Positions 51,913 through 61,845 of a stretch of 64,000 nt of DNA are shown in pieces. The stretch is from contig CAVYRJ010000011.1 in NCBI GenBank assembly GCA_963770935.1, positions 1-64,000 on the forward strand, written 5' to 3'. The stretch comes from Candidatus Bathyarchaeota archaeon. Lineage in GTDB: Archaea > Thermoproteota > Bathyarchaeia > Bathyarchaeales > Bathycorpusculaceae. Below the pieces are notes generated by a model that ran no database searches, had not been told where the DNA came from, and saw only the letters and a program-made list of their open reading frames with translations. A program made the position numbers and the translations under genes. Numbering within the stretch: position 1 is the stretch's first letter; the number at the start of each line of letters is the position of its first letter.

Positions 51913-53094
51913 GTGTCGACGCTCATGAAGTTAAAAGGCTTACCCCTTAACCTTGATGTTTATGAGACTTCTGAAGTATTAACGAACAAACATTTCCAAC
52001 AATACCAGTTGTCTGACTTCGAACGGCTTTATCTTCCCCCGAGCATGAGGCCATTCATGAATCTTAAACCCTTGGAGACCAAGGAGTTTATTGCTGACGA
52101 TAACCGAGGCGCTGTTTCTGCTTTTCCTTGCTTGAAAATAGACGACACTGACTTTTATCTTTCAGTTAAAGGTATTGGCTCCCCAACTCACCCGTTTTCT
52201 AGGCAGCTTCTTGGCAAAGCCGAGATTTGCGCTACTCTGAAAGATTCCGTTCTTCGAGAGCGAATTGTGGCATGTGAGGAGAAGGCTCCGAGATATCTTA
52301 CGGGAGAGTTGTGGCTGAGAGGTTCTCCATATGGCGGACAGGGACTTGAGCATGCGACTACTGCTCTGAGAGTGTCAGAAATGGCTGATATTACCTCGGT
52401 TAATGGATTTAGGGTAGCTCCCTTGATAAAAATCGTCTTTCTCCCAGTTGCTCTTGAGCGGGAGGTTAAGAAGGTTTTTTGGTATCGCCAATTCAAAGGA
52501 CGAATAGTTCAGGAAACAAGGCTTGTTCCTTCCAACGTGCGCATTCACTTCCATTCAGGAAGCACAGTGGGAGGAAACATACATTCTGTTTTCGACCTAT
52601 TTGGAATTGACACTGATGATAAATCAATAGATTTTTTGAAGAATTTTCTGAGGAGCGGCATTGCATTCTTAACGTTATTTTCAAGGACATTGAAGCATAA
52701 TCAAGATGGGACTTACTCGGGTTTAGATTTCTATGATGTCTGGTTAGATAAAGATGCAGTGCTTGCTTCGGATGGTACAATTTTCTTTGTGGATCTCGAA
52801 GGCTTAGAGTGGATAACTGTCGCGGAAGAAAAAATCCCAGAGAAAATAGACGACCAAATCTACAGGTCTCTGTACGAATTAATGTATGCCTATGAACAGA
52901 TACAGCGGGAACGCTCAGCTAGATTTGGAGTCGTAGCTGATAGGGCATCGCAATTCGAAATTTTGCTTAGAAGCGCAATGGAGAATGATGAGGTTGTAAG
53001 CCTTGCAAGTGAGGGGCAAAGCCTTAAACTGGAAATATCTAACATATTAGGGAAACGAAATCTAACCAGGGAATTTACAATATTGGAGCGGTGA
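51913..53094 (+). CDS. Uncharacterised atypical kinase-fold protein, SelO-like motifs
   Basis: LSVKGIG, GSPYGGQG, TRLVPSNVR, DVWLDKD..FFVDLEG. Confidence 0.55.
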   Translation: MSTLMKLKGLPLNLDVYETSEVLTNKHFQQYQLSDFERLYLPPSMRPFMNLKPLETKEFIADDNRGAVSAFPCLKIDDTDFYLSVKGIGSPTHPFSRQLLGKAEICATLKDSVLRERIVACEEKAPRYLTGELWLRGSPYGGQGLEHATTALRVSEMADITSVNGFRVAPLIKIVFLPVALEREVKKVFWYRQFKGRIVQETRLVPSNVRIHFHSGSTVGGNIHSVFDLFGIDTDDKSIDFLKNFLRSGIAFLTLFSRTLKHNQDGTYSGLDFYDVWLDKDAVLASDGTIFFVDLEGLEWITVAEEKIPEKIDDQIYRSLYELMYAYEQIQRERSARFGVVADRASQFEILLRSAMENDEVVSLASEGQSLKLEISNILGKRNLTREFTILER

Positions 53095-53098
53095 TCAA

Positions 53099-54649
53099 AT
53101 GAAATGCAGCAATGTTAGAATCTTCTTCTCTCAAATCGCCGAGAAATCAGTTTTACCTCTGATTCCATCGGTGGACATGGATTTTCTATCCAAAAATGGT
53201 TACATTAATGTGATGCAAAATGAAGATTACAACAGAGGGTTAGCTGAAATATCAACTCTAACCCAGCTGAGCAATGACTTGATGAATCAGCGGATGGCGG
53301 AAAACAGCGAGAGAGCCCACTTGAATGAAGATGAAAGAAAAACACATTCGATCACTTTTCTATTTGAAGATAAAGAAAACAAAGAGGCTCAAAAGGAAGA
53401 GATAGAGAGCCATAAAGAAGCCGTCTCTAAGATGGAGGCTGACATAGCTAAAAGAGGATCTCAGATTAACGAGCTTATCAAGAAGAAATCTATCTTTGAC
53501 CGTATGGTACCATACAATGGGTATTATATTTCGCTGACGGGTGCTGGAATCATGATGCTAAACGATCTTAACATAAGAAATTACCGAGTGTCAGAACAAG
53601 AGTTCTCTGATTTTAGGGATGAAATTCAGGCGACGTTTGGCGAGTTAAGATCCATAGCAGAAATTGGCAGCTACCATTTCACCAACTTGTACCAGAGTTT
53701 TCCGGGAATTGACACGTCCCAGCTCTGGAGTTTATCGATAGGTTTAGCCAAACTCCAAGGCGACCCTAAACAAATTGGCCAGCGGTTCCTCTTTGCATTT
53801 GACCTAATCAAGAATTTCGATTCCACAATTGAGGACAAAATGATGGTTGGAGAAATAATGGCAGCCTCCAAAACGGCGCAACTACCAACTAATTCAGACC
53901 TTTTGGACCTATCGGAATCATTAAAGCAACTTGATAACCAACTCAAACGTGAAGCCAATGTTCCTAGTCTGCTTTCGACCGGCATTGCAGCCACTATTCT
54001 GTATGGCAGACGGTATGACGGTACTTTTCCCACCGACAGATTTGTAGAGTTCTCTAAAATCACAGCTTCATATGAGTCAGCTGCGATACTTGCTATCTTT
54101 AACGTGCCTTCAGATCAGCTAGTCAACAAATTCCAAGCTTACAGATACCTTTTTAGTTCCTGGGGATTCCAGATGTCAGAGGATACTGAGCTAGCTTCAG
54201 CTTTTCTATCTATCTCCGATTTTAAGCCAGAAGATGTACGATCGAAACTGACTATAATTGAGAATGGTCTTAAAAACTACTTAGAGTATCCGCTTGTCGC
54301 TGCTGCGATTCTTGCTTCGGTGCCAACGCTTGAAGCTAATGAACTTCTAAATCTTATGGAAAAAGCCTATTTCCTGCTTGGTTCCTATGTTAAAGACTTG
54401 GAGCGATCTGAAATGATAAGCCTTGCCGTAAGGATGATTCATGGAATAAGAAATGAAATTGTGAAAGAACTCGACCCAACTGCAGCTGTAGTAAAGACTC
54501 CTGTCCAGTTCACTTATGTTCCAACCCACCTCTTCTTCTTCTATTATGCACCGTTGATAATTGCCCACTCATCATACCACTCGACATTTAGCGGCATCGG
54601 AGGCTATCATCCGGCACACGTACATGGAGTTGGAGGTTTCATGGGATGA
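53099..54649 (+). CDS. Hypothetical helical protein with coiled coil and Gly/His-rich C-terminal tail
   Basis: 516-aa ORF; charged coiled coil aa ~50-125; ends GGYHPAHVHGVGGFMG. Confidence 0.8.
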   Translation: MKCSNVRIFFSQIAEKSVLPLIPSVDMDFLSKNGYINVMQNEDYNRGLAEISTLTQLSNDLMNQRMAENSERAHLNEDERKTHSITFLFEDKENKEAQKEEIESHKEAVSKMEADIAKRGSQINELIKKKSIFDRMVPYNGYYISLTGAGIMMLNDLNIRNYRVSEQEFSDFRDEIQATFGELRSIAEIGSYHFTNLYQSFPGIDTSQLWSLSIGLAKLQGDPKQIGQRFLFAFDLIKNFDSTIEDKMMVGEIMAASKTAQLPTNSDLLDLSESLKQLDNQLKREANVPSLLSTGIAATILYGRRYDGTFPTDRFVEFSKITASYESAAILAIFNVPSDQLVNKFQAYRYLFSSWGFQMSEDTELASAFLSISDFKPEDVRSKLTIIENGLKNYLEYPLVAAAILASVPTLEANELLNLMEKAYFLLGSYVKDLERSEMISLAVRMIHGIRNEIVKELDPTAAVVKTPVQFTYVPTHLFFFYYAPLIIAHSSYHSTFSGIGGYHPAHVHGVGGFMG

Positions 54650-55714
54650 ACAAAAAAGCAATCATTATCATAATTTCACTCTTAACCGTTATCTCTGTGC
54701 TTCCTCTTAGTGCAGCCTTCACTCCTCGTTCTGGTGATACATTCAGCTACTACGAAGTTACCGATCTCGGAAGTGGCACAGGTGATTACGCTGGATACAC
54801 TGAACATACAACCTACAGTGGAACAGAGGCAGTGACGGGCGTTAGTTCAGATGGCACTGTGTCCGCACATTACAGTTACAGCTACTCTTGGAGAAACAGT
54901 TCAGGCTCAACGGAGACTGGAAATCCGTCCGGTGACTTTACTTTCTCATCGAACAACTTCCTATACATCAACGGAACAGATGACCAATCAGGATACGCAA
55001 ACCCTACAGTATGGTTCGCCATGGATAACTCAATTCCAGTTGGAGGAACCTTCACTCTTTTAGATACACAAATGACGGTTATTTCAAGAAATTACAGTTA
55101 CTATCTGTCTTCACAGAACAAGTATGTTGGCACAATTTTTACTCAGGGAAGCTCAAGTTACCAACGAAATGACATATATGGACAATTTAATGCCGAATAC
55201 ACTTGGAACGTCTACTTTGACATCTCCACAGGATACATAGTGGGTTATACCTATGAAGAATATGATACTAGTCCTTCAGCGGGATTCAGATACACCGAAA
55301 ATCTCTACGTAACATCAACTAGCTATCCATTAGCCACCGTAGCCAGTCCAACTCCTGCACCATCCATTATTACAATAAGTCCCCGACCTTCAACCATAAC
55401 ACAATTTGTACCTGTATTCATTTTGCTGCCGGCGTTTGCGTTTATTCTAGTAATCATTATTGTTATTGCTGTTCTATACGCGGTTTCTAAGGGTAGCAAA
55501 AAACCTCTTCCTAGACACTCCTATGAACAACCGTATCAGCGATCGCCGCCACCTCCCAGGGCCACCACCGGAAAACATTGATTTGACACCAAATCAAGCG
55601 CCGGTACAGCAGATCGTGATAAGAGAGGTTGTCAAAGTTAAATGCCGTTACTGTGGAGCACTAATAGATTCAACAGCACAGACCTGTCCTTTGTGCGGAG
55701 CTCCCAGAACCTAA
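54646..55714 (+). CDS. Single-pass membrane protein: Tyr/Ser/Thr-rich ectodomain, TM, Pro linker, cytoplasmic zinc ribbon (frameshift near 55556)
   Basis: Signal peptide, TM near aa 255-280; shifted frame gives CRYCG..CPLCG. Confidence 0.8.
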
Positions 55715-55733
55715 CTTTTTCATTTGCTTTTTC

Positions 55734-56480
55734 TTATGGGCATTTCTTAAAGTACTGATAAATCTGACCAGTCACTGACATATTTGCCTTAATCACATTA
55801 CCCGCAGAAGCCACGTTATAACGTGAAATCTCACAGAATGCCGAATGCGCACGATTTGACTTAAGCCAGAGAAGCCGAGCGTTTAAAATATCTTCACCTA
55901 TGCCCATTCTCCTAAACTGAGATTGAACAAAAAGCGAATGCAGTCTTCCAACTCCATTCACAAGTGAAACCCAACCTAAACCAGCTATTTCATCATTTAA
56001 CCTAACAATAAAACATCTATCACCATTCTTCAGAGCAACACGCACCCACCTCTTGTTTATTCTCGGATGGGTTAAGGCCATAAAATGCTCAACCTCATCT
56101 GCTTGTTCAATGTCGGCTACGGAAATTTCATAGCTAAACCTGTGAGAAAAGGCAAAATCGTCAAGATTAGCGGTGTAAATGTCATAGATCTCATTTTCCA
56201 GCTCCGTTTGCATTTCTGAGAAAAGAAAATTAAAGGGTTTAAGTGCATAGAAATAATCGAATATTTCCCTTGACCCTGTGTAAATCGTTCCGCCTTTTTC
56301 GCAACTGTCATAGATGAATATGCCAGTCAATAAGCCTTCTTGGGTTCTAGCTGTGTAAACCTCGCCGCCTATTTCAAAAATCTCTCGGAAATGGTACCCA
56401 AGGAAGGGCTCAAAAAAGGAGAAACCCACTGGAAAGACAAAATTGAGTTCTGATGTGCTATTAATTTGGGAGATCTGCAT
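55734..56480 (-). CDS. GNAT-family N-acetyltransferase
   Basis: LFVQSQFRRMGIG acetyl-CoA motif A; N-x-A-S motif. Confidence 0.85.
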   Translation of the reverse strand: MQISQINSTSELNFVFPVGFSFFEPFLGYHFREIFEIGGEVYTARTQEGLLTGIFIYDSCEKGGTIYTGSREIFDYFYALKPFNFLFSEMQTELENEIYDIYTANLDDFAFSHRFSYEISVADIEQADEVEHFMALTHPRINKRWVRVALKNGDRCFIVRLNDEIAGLGWVSLVNGVGRLHSLFVQSQFRRMGIGEDILNARLLWLKSNRAHSAFCEISRYNVASAGNVIKANMSVTGQIYQYFKKCP

Positions 56481-56588
56481 TTTCCTAATCAGCCATCTTT
56501 AGCCTGAGGCAACCTACCGCTATTATCAACTTCACTCTCATAAGCATACAATCAATAGGCAACGTTTTTAAGCACCATTAGTAGAATA

Positions 56589-56605
56589 TTAGTATATTAG
56601 AATAT
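56589..56605. promoter_or_regulatory. Candidate ArsR operator, copy 1
   Basis: TTAGTATATTAGAATAT, 16/17 identical to 57593-57609. Confidence 0.5.
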
Positions 56606-56744
56606 AATTGAATGATGTTATGGTCTCGGGAAAACACTAAAAACGGGCAAAAAACTGTTTCAAAAACCGTTTCACAACTGTTTCACCGAACTATCATATC
56701 ATTCGAATAGTATAATATTAACAAAGATGGAGGAAAAATAAAAA

Positions 56745-57550
56745 ATGAAAAACTTGAAAATAGTAGGAGCAGTATTAGTTTTAGCACTCGTTGTTGTGGG
56801 TGCAACAGTAGCGACTGTTTTAGCCTTTGGATGGGGTGCACGAACACCGTATGGTCCTCAGGCAATCGTAGGTAATATGATGAATGCACCTCAAGCCCTG
56901 GGTCCGGTCACGCAGACTAACACTCAGACGCCAACTCTCTATACTCCTGCCCAAGTCAATTCCCCAGGATACACCGGCTATGGTGGACGGGGTGGATGTT
57001 GGGGACGTTGGGGCAACGGCGCAGGTTATCCAGCAACTGGGACAGCAGCAACTCCTTTAACAATTAATCAAGCAACTGACATAGCAAAAACATATGTCGC
57101 ATCATTAAACAACCCTGATCTTGCAGTAAAAGAAATCGAAGAATACGCCAACAACTTCTATGTGCTCGTCACTGAGAAAAGCACAAGCAATGGAGCATTC
57201 GAACTCTTGGTCAACAAATATACTGGCATAGTAACTCCTGAACCTGGTCCAAACATGATGTGGAACAACCAATACAGCTTCGGAGCAGGATTCTGCAATT
57301 GGCTCAGAGGAACAACCACAGCACCCCAACCGTCACAGTTGACCAAGCAAAAACCAACGCACAACAATATCTAACCAGCTACCTAGCAGGCACAACTGTC
57401 GGCGATGTTACAGAATTTAACGGTCACTACACAATCGAAGTCCTACAGAATGGAGCACCGTATGGGATGCTAAGCGTTAACAGCTTCACTGGACAAGTAT
57501 GGTACCATACATGGCACGGAGCCTTCATACAGGAACAGGCAGTTGCCTAA
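56745..57550 (+). CDS. Secreted PepSY-like repeat protein with GPNMMWN motif (frameshift near 57320)
   Basis: Signal anchor; two repeats of the pattern QA..A..Y...EF..YY...LLVNxxTGxV; ends WYHTWHG. Confidence 0.75.
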
Positions 57551-57592
57551 ACCAAAATCTCTTTTTCTTTTTATATAAAATTTAAGAGAGGG

Positions 57593-57609
57593 TTAGTATG
57601 TTAGAATAT
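57593..57609. promoter_or_regulatory. Candidate ArsR operator, copy 2 (autoregulatory position)
   Basis: TTAGTATGTTAGAATAT just upstream of the ArsR start. Confidence 0.5.
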
Positions 57610-57624
57610 TCGAAGGAACAGGCA

Positions 57625-57963
57625 ATGGCTGAAAAACCCAAAATCGACATGACAATTTATAACTTACAGTCAGAGATATCAAAAACGTTAGCTAACCCCA
57701 TTCGCTTGGCAATTCTCCACTCCTTGAGAGATGGCGAAAAAAGTGTAAACGAGCTAACCGAAATCTTAAGCATAAGCCAATCAAACCTTTCCCAGCACTT
57801 AGCAATAATGAGGCAGAAAGGCATTCTCAAAACAAGAAAGCAAGGCACAAGCATCTTTTACAGCGTCACCAACCCAAAAATTAACCAAGCATGCGACATG
57901 GTTCGCGAGGTCCTATTAGACCAGTTGAATCAAAGACACGAACTATCTCAGAGTTTCCATTAG
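57625..57963 (+). CDS. ArsR/SmtB-family transcriptional regulator
   Basis: LANPIRLAIL, SQSNLSQHL, RKQG..IFYS. Confidence 0.93.
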   Translation: MAEKPKIDMTIYNLQSEISKTLANPIRLAILHSLRDGEKSVNELTEILSISQSNLSQHLAIMRQKGILKTRKQGTSIFYSVTNPKINQACDMVREVLLDQLNQRHELSQSFH

Positions 57964-57977
57964 GAGTAAATTGAAAA

Positions 57978-58154
57978 ATGTTTGGATGTGGTTGTTGCTC
58001 AATATTCGGTTCCATTTTTGGTTCCAGACAGGAAAATGGAGGAACACGAGAAGTCATACGAGAAGTAGTTGTAATTCCCTGCAAGTATTGTGGCACCCTT
58101 TTTCCGCAGACAGCAACTTTCTGTCCACACTGCGGAGCAAACAGGAAAACCTAA
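57978..58154 (+). CDS. 58-aa Cys-rich zinc-ribbon protein
   Basis: Manually read after AGGAG: MFGCGCCSIFGSIFGSRQENGGTREVIREVVVIPCKYCGTLFPQTATFCPHCGANRKT*. Confidence 0.8.
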   Translation: MFGCGCCSIFGSIFGSRQENGGTREVIREVVVIPCKYCGTLFPQTATFCPHCGANRKT

Positions 58155-58444
58155 TCTTAGTTTTTTCTTTTTTGGCGAAATTCACTAAGCTTAGAACAGA
58201 GGAATCAGCCTAATTTTCAGTTATTAGGTTATGAAATATAAGCTATTTTTGCAGAAGAAATTCAATAGCCCAAAGCATTAATGGTTTAAAGTCCAACATC
58301 CTAATCCAAGTGCTTAATCTCCAGCAAGCGCTACCAATCCCGCCAAACACCTAAATAGAATTTGAATAAATTTAGTTAAAAAAGTGAAAGATGCTATTTC
58401 ATGGGAAAAGAACTTGTTTTCAGGGCAAAGACCGGTCCTGTTTT

Positions 58445-58882
58445 TCAACGTATAGTAAAAGAGGGCGATTGGAAAAAATGACTTTTCGTGGTCCAAAGAT
58501 TTGCAGTGTAGTTTCCAGAACTCAAGTTAACGCCGCCCAAATTAACCGGTATTATCGAATTGTCATCGGATGCCAATTCAGCTGAAAATGGAACAATTGT
58601 AGCCACAGTAATCTGATTTGAATCTTTAATGACTACTGTATTGAATTCGATAGTTTTGCTGCACATTGATTGTACCTCGAGTAATAGCATATTATTATTG
58701 GTGCTATCAAATGCGACTTTTTGCACTACAGCGGTTTCCGTCATTCTCAAATCTATCGGTTTTTCAAATAATTTCCACGCCTCAAAATGAAATATAAGGA
58801 ATGATGTTCCTATAATTATTATTAATAGGACCAATATTTTCTTAGACGGATTCAAATGTCTAAGCCTCCAAAGAATTATCAC
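58445..58882 (-). CDS. Membrane-anchored small beta-sandwich protein
   Basis: N-terminal TM; GNYTANLWT Ig-like C-terminus. Confidence 0.65.
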   Translation of the reverse strand: MIILWRLRHLNPSKKILVLLIIIIGTSFLIFHFEAWKLFEKPIDLRMTETAVVQKVAFDSTNNNMLLLEVQSMCSKTIEFNTVVIKDSNQITVATIVPFSAELASDDNSIIPVNLGGVNLSSGNYTANLWTTKSHFFQSPSFTIR

Positions 58883-59222
58883 TTGCTTGATATATTAAAT
58901 GTTACGATTTAATTCATGGTTGAACTGTCTGTACAACAACTAACAAAAAAATCCCGTAAACTATCTTTTGTTATCCAAATTCTATCCAATTTAACTTCAT
59001 CCAACCAGACAAGGTTGTAAAATCGAAAGAATAGTTTCTAATTTAAGTTAACCTCAGAAAATTATAATTCATAAAATCCAAGATTCTTTCTAGAAATTAA
59101 ATTTATAATCCTTAACTAAAACCCTCGCAGAATTGAGAAGATAAAAACTACAAAAACGATATTGAACAAAAAATATGTGAAGAACGAGAAGCGAGATCGC
59201 TAAAATAAACAGCGATTGTTGC

Positions 59223-60492
59223 TTATTTCCCTGCAAGATTCAATGCTTGATTGATTGTTAGTATTTTCACTCCAGATGCTTTGGCGTAATTTAAGAAACT
59301 GGTAAAGTCCTCTACACTAATTCCTCCGTAAGTCACAGCATTGTTGTAACTAGCGACGTTGTGAAAATAGAAAACTGTCCATTCGTTGCTGTTTACTGTA
59401 CCGTCAATAAAACTTTTTAGCTTTGGAAGCAAAGTAGGGTACTGTGCGCCTTGACTTTGACTGTTGACAGCTGAAAGCTGAAATGGCGCATTCGCAATTG
59501 TCATTGGTGTGTAATATACTACGCGGGCAGAACGGTAGTATTGGCCTACGATACTGTTTGCGTAGCTAAGGTCACCTGTGCCGTAAGGGTAAGCAAAATT
59601 ATTTACATTTAAGCCGTAGGATTGTAGTGTTGCTTTGCTTTCGGAGCATTCTTGGCGTATTTGTGTTTCAGTTAGTTTGGTGAAGTCTACATGGCTGGCT
59701 GAGTGGCTGCCTATTTCGTTTCCGGCGTTTTGCATTTGCTGCAATTCGGATGCTGTTATTTTGTTGTATGGGTTGTCGGCGGGGAAGTATCCGGTGGGTA
59801 TGTAGAATGTTCCAACGATGTTTCTGTCCCGCATCAGCGGAAATGCTGTGGTGTATTGGCTGCGGGTGCCATCGTCGAAAGTGATTGAAATCACACCTCT
59901 GGATGTAGTAGGACTGGGAGTGGGCGTTGGTGTAGGAGTAGGAGTGCGTGTTGGTGTGGGAGCAGGCGTGGGTGTTGGAGTAGAGGTGGGTGTTGGATGG
60001 TGTGGGTGTTGGAGTAGGTGTTGGTGTTGGAGTAGGTGTGGGTGTTGGTGTGGGAGCGGGAGTGGGCGTTGGAGTAGGGGTAGGTTCTGGTGTGGGGTCA
60101 GGAGTAGGTTCTGGTGTGGGAGCAGGAGTGGGCGTTGGAGTAGAGTAGGTTCTGGTGTGGGAGTCAGGAGTAGGTTCTGGTGTGGGAGCAGGAGTAGGCG
60201 TTGGAGTAGAGGTGGGTGTTGGTGATGGTGTTGGAGAAGGAGTAGGTGTTGGTGTGGGAGCAGGAGAAGATGTGGCAGCAGGCTTTGGAGTAGCGGTAGG
60301 CACAAAAATTGGTGTTGGAGTTGGGCTAAATGAGGAAGTTGGGAACGGAGAAGGCGTTTCTAATGGAGTGGTTGAAGGTTGCAAAGTAGGCGTAGATAAG
60401 ACGTTTATCCCAAATAGACTCGCCCCGGTACTTCCAAGCGCAATAAAGAGTATTATTGACGCCGCAAGCACTATTGCTTTCTGTGAAAACAA
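59223..60492 (-). CDS. Secreted polysaccharide deacetylase (CE4) with Pro/Thr linker (frameshifts inside the repeat)
   Basis: Signal peptide in the 60492 frame; [25 protein letters not shown] in the 59223 frame. Confidence 0.88.
59905..60312 (-). repeat. Low-complexity (Pro-Thr)n coding repeat
   Basis: Tandem GGTGTTGGAGTA/GGTGTGGGAGCA-type hexamer repeats encoding PTPTP. Confidence 0.9.
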
Positions 60493-60682
60493 TTTAATCA
60501 GAAGTCTCGCCTTCTCCTCTCATTTCAGACGGTCTATATTGTTGTCATATAGAAAATGAGCATAAAAGGTTTGTTAAAATTCGCGAAAAAAACTATTATG
60601 GATTATAAAAGCAGAGAAAAACAACTATGGTTTTAAATTTTTTAGCTCCATGCAAGCAAGAGAAGCAAATAACGACTATTTT

Positions 60683-61678
60683 TTATTTATTAGTGAAATA
60701 CGGTAGAACTTTTTCTCCAATAAACTCTATTCTATCAGGGAATGAATGGGTTACGAGTTCCACATGTGTCGCACCAGCATACAAGTACCTTTCAATTGTT
60801 TCGATAATATCATCCGGCGATGAAACAAAACAGAAGTTGTCCACAATAGTTTTATCAACGACAAGATTTGACATTTCTTGGATCTTTCTTGGATCCGTTT
60901 CGTCAAAAGATCCGTCGGCAAAAAACCCGGCTTCTCCTGTCCTTCTAACTTCTTCAACACCCACATTCTTATCGGCGAAATAAAGAGAAACCTCAACCAT
61001 CTTCTCCATCTTTGAAGGATCTTTTCCAACTTTTCTTGCAGACTCCTCAAAGCTTGGGAAAACCACATCTCGACAATTTTCTGGTGAGTTTACTGTTACA
61101 AGGTGATCTCCATAAATACCCGCGTATGCTGCTGCCTTTCTTCCTTGAGCAGCGAAATAAACAGGAATCTTTGTTTTAGGCTTTGTATAAAGAAAGAAGT
61201 TGTTCATCTTGAAATATTTGCCCTGATAACTGAAGTATTCTTCACTTTCCCACATCCTCTTCATCAAAACAACAGCTTCAGCTAACCTATCAATCCTCTC
61301 CTGCCATCTTGGCCATCCATTTGGAAAAAAGTTGGTTTCATTTATCGCTTCACCGGAACCAACGCCAAGTTGGAATCTTTCAGGGTACATGTTATCTAAA
61401 GTCGCGGCTGCTTGCCCGATGATTGCTGGATGATATCTACCTCCGATTGGTGAAGTAACAATTGGACCTACTTTGATCCTTTCAGTTCTGTCAAGAGCCG
61501 AAGCCATAACAGACCATACGAAGGCTGACTTGTTTTGGTTATGTATCCAAGGTAATAGATGATCACCAAACCACACCGCATTAAAACCGTATCTTTCAGC
61601 CACAACCACACATTCTACGAACTGCATCGGATCGTGATAGCCCTCTCCAATATTAACGCTAATTTGCAACCGAGACAA
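60683..61678 (-). CDS. LLM-class F420-dependent oxidoreductase (G6PDH/Adf-like)
   Basis: WFGDHLLPW, RYHPAIIGQAAATL, LGVGSGEAINE. Confidence 0.9.
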   Translation of the reverse strand: MSRLQISVNIGEGYHDPMQFVECVVVAERYGFNAVWFGDHLLPWIHNQNKSAFVWSVMASALDRTERIKVGPIVTSPIGGRYHPAIIGQAAATLDNMYPERFQLGVGSGEAINETNFFPNGWPRWQERIDRLAEAVVLMKRMWESEEYFSYQGKYFKMNNFFLYTKPKTKIPVYFAAQGRKAAAYAGIYGDHLVTVNSPENCRDVVFPSFEESARKVGKDPSKMEKMVEVSLYFADKNVGVEEVRRTGEAGFFADGSFDETDPRKIQEMSNLVVDKTIVDNFCFVSSPDDIIETIERYLYAGATHVELVTHSFPDRIEFIGEKVLPYFTNK

Positions 61679-61845
61679 TCAATTACCTCATTTAATGCTA
61701 CATCTCTTCGTTTGGTATAAACGGTAAGTAAACGCAAAAAGTGTTTGGGACGAAACCAAAAGGTTCTGCGTGGTTTCCATATTCAAAATAAGCGTTGCAT
61801 TTGATAGATTATTTTTTGAGAGTTAATTTTTTTTCTAGTATTTCT

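Noticed and set aside
57971-58213. ORF-track 80-aa protein downstream of ArsR
   Set aside because: The alternative frame 57978-58154 gives a clear zinc-ribbon protein with an RBS
59905-60312. Long tandem repeat considered as a CRISPR array or VNTR element
   Set aside because: Hexamer-period degenerate repeats without unique spacers; they encode a Pro/Thr linker
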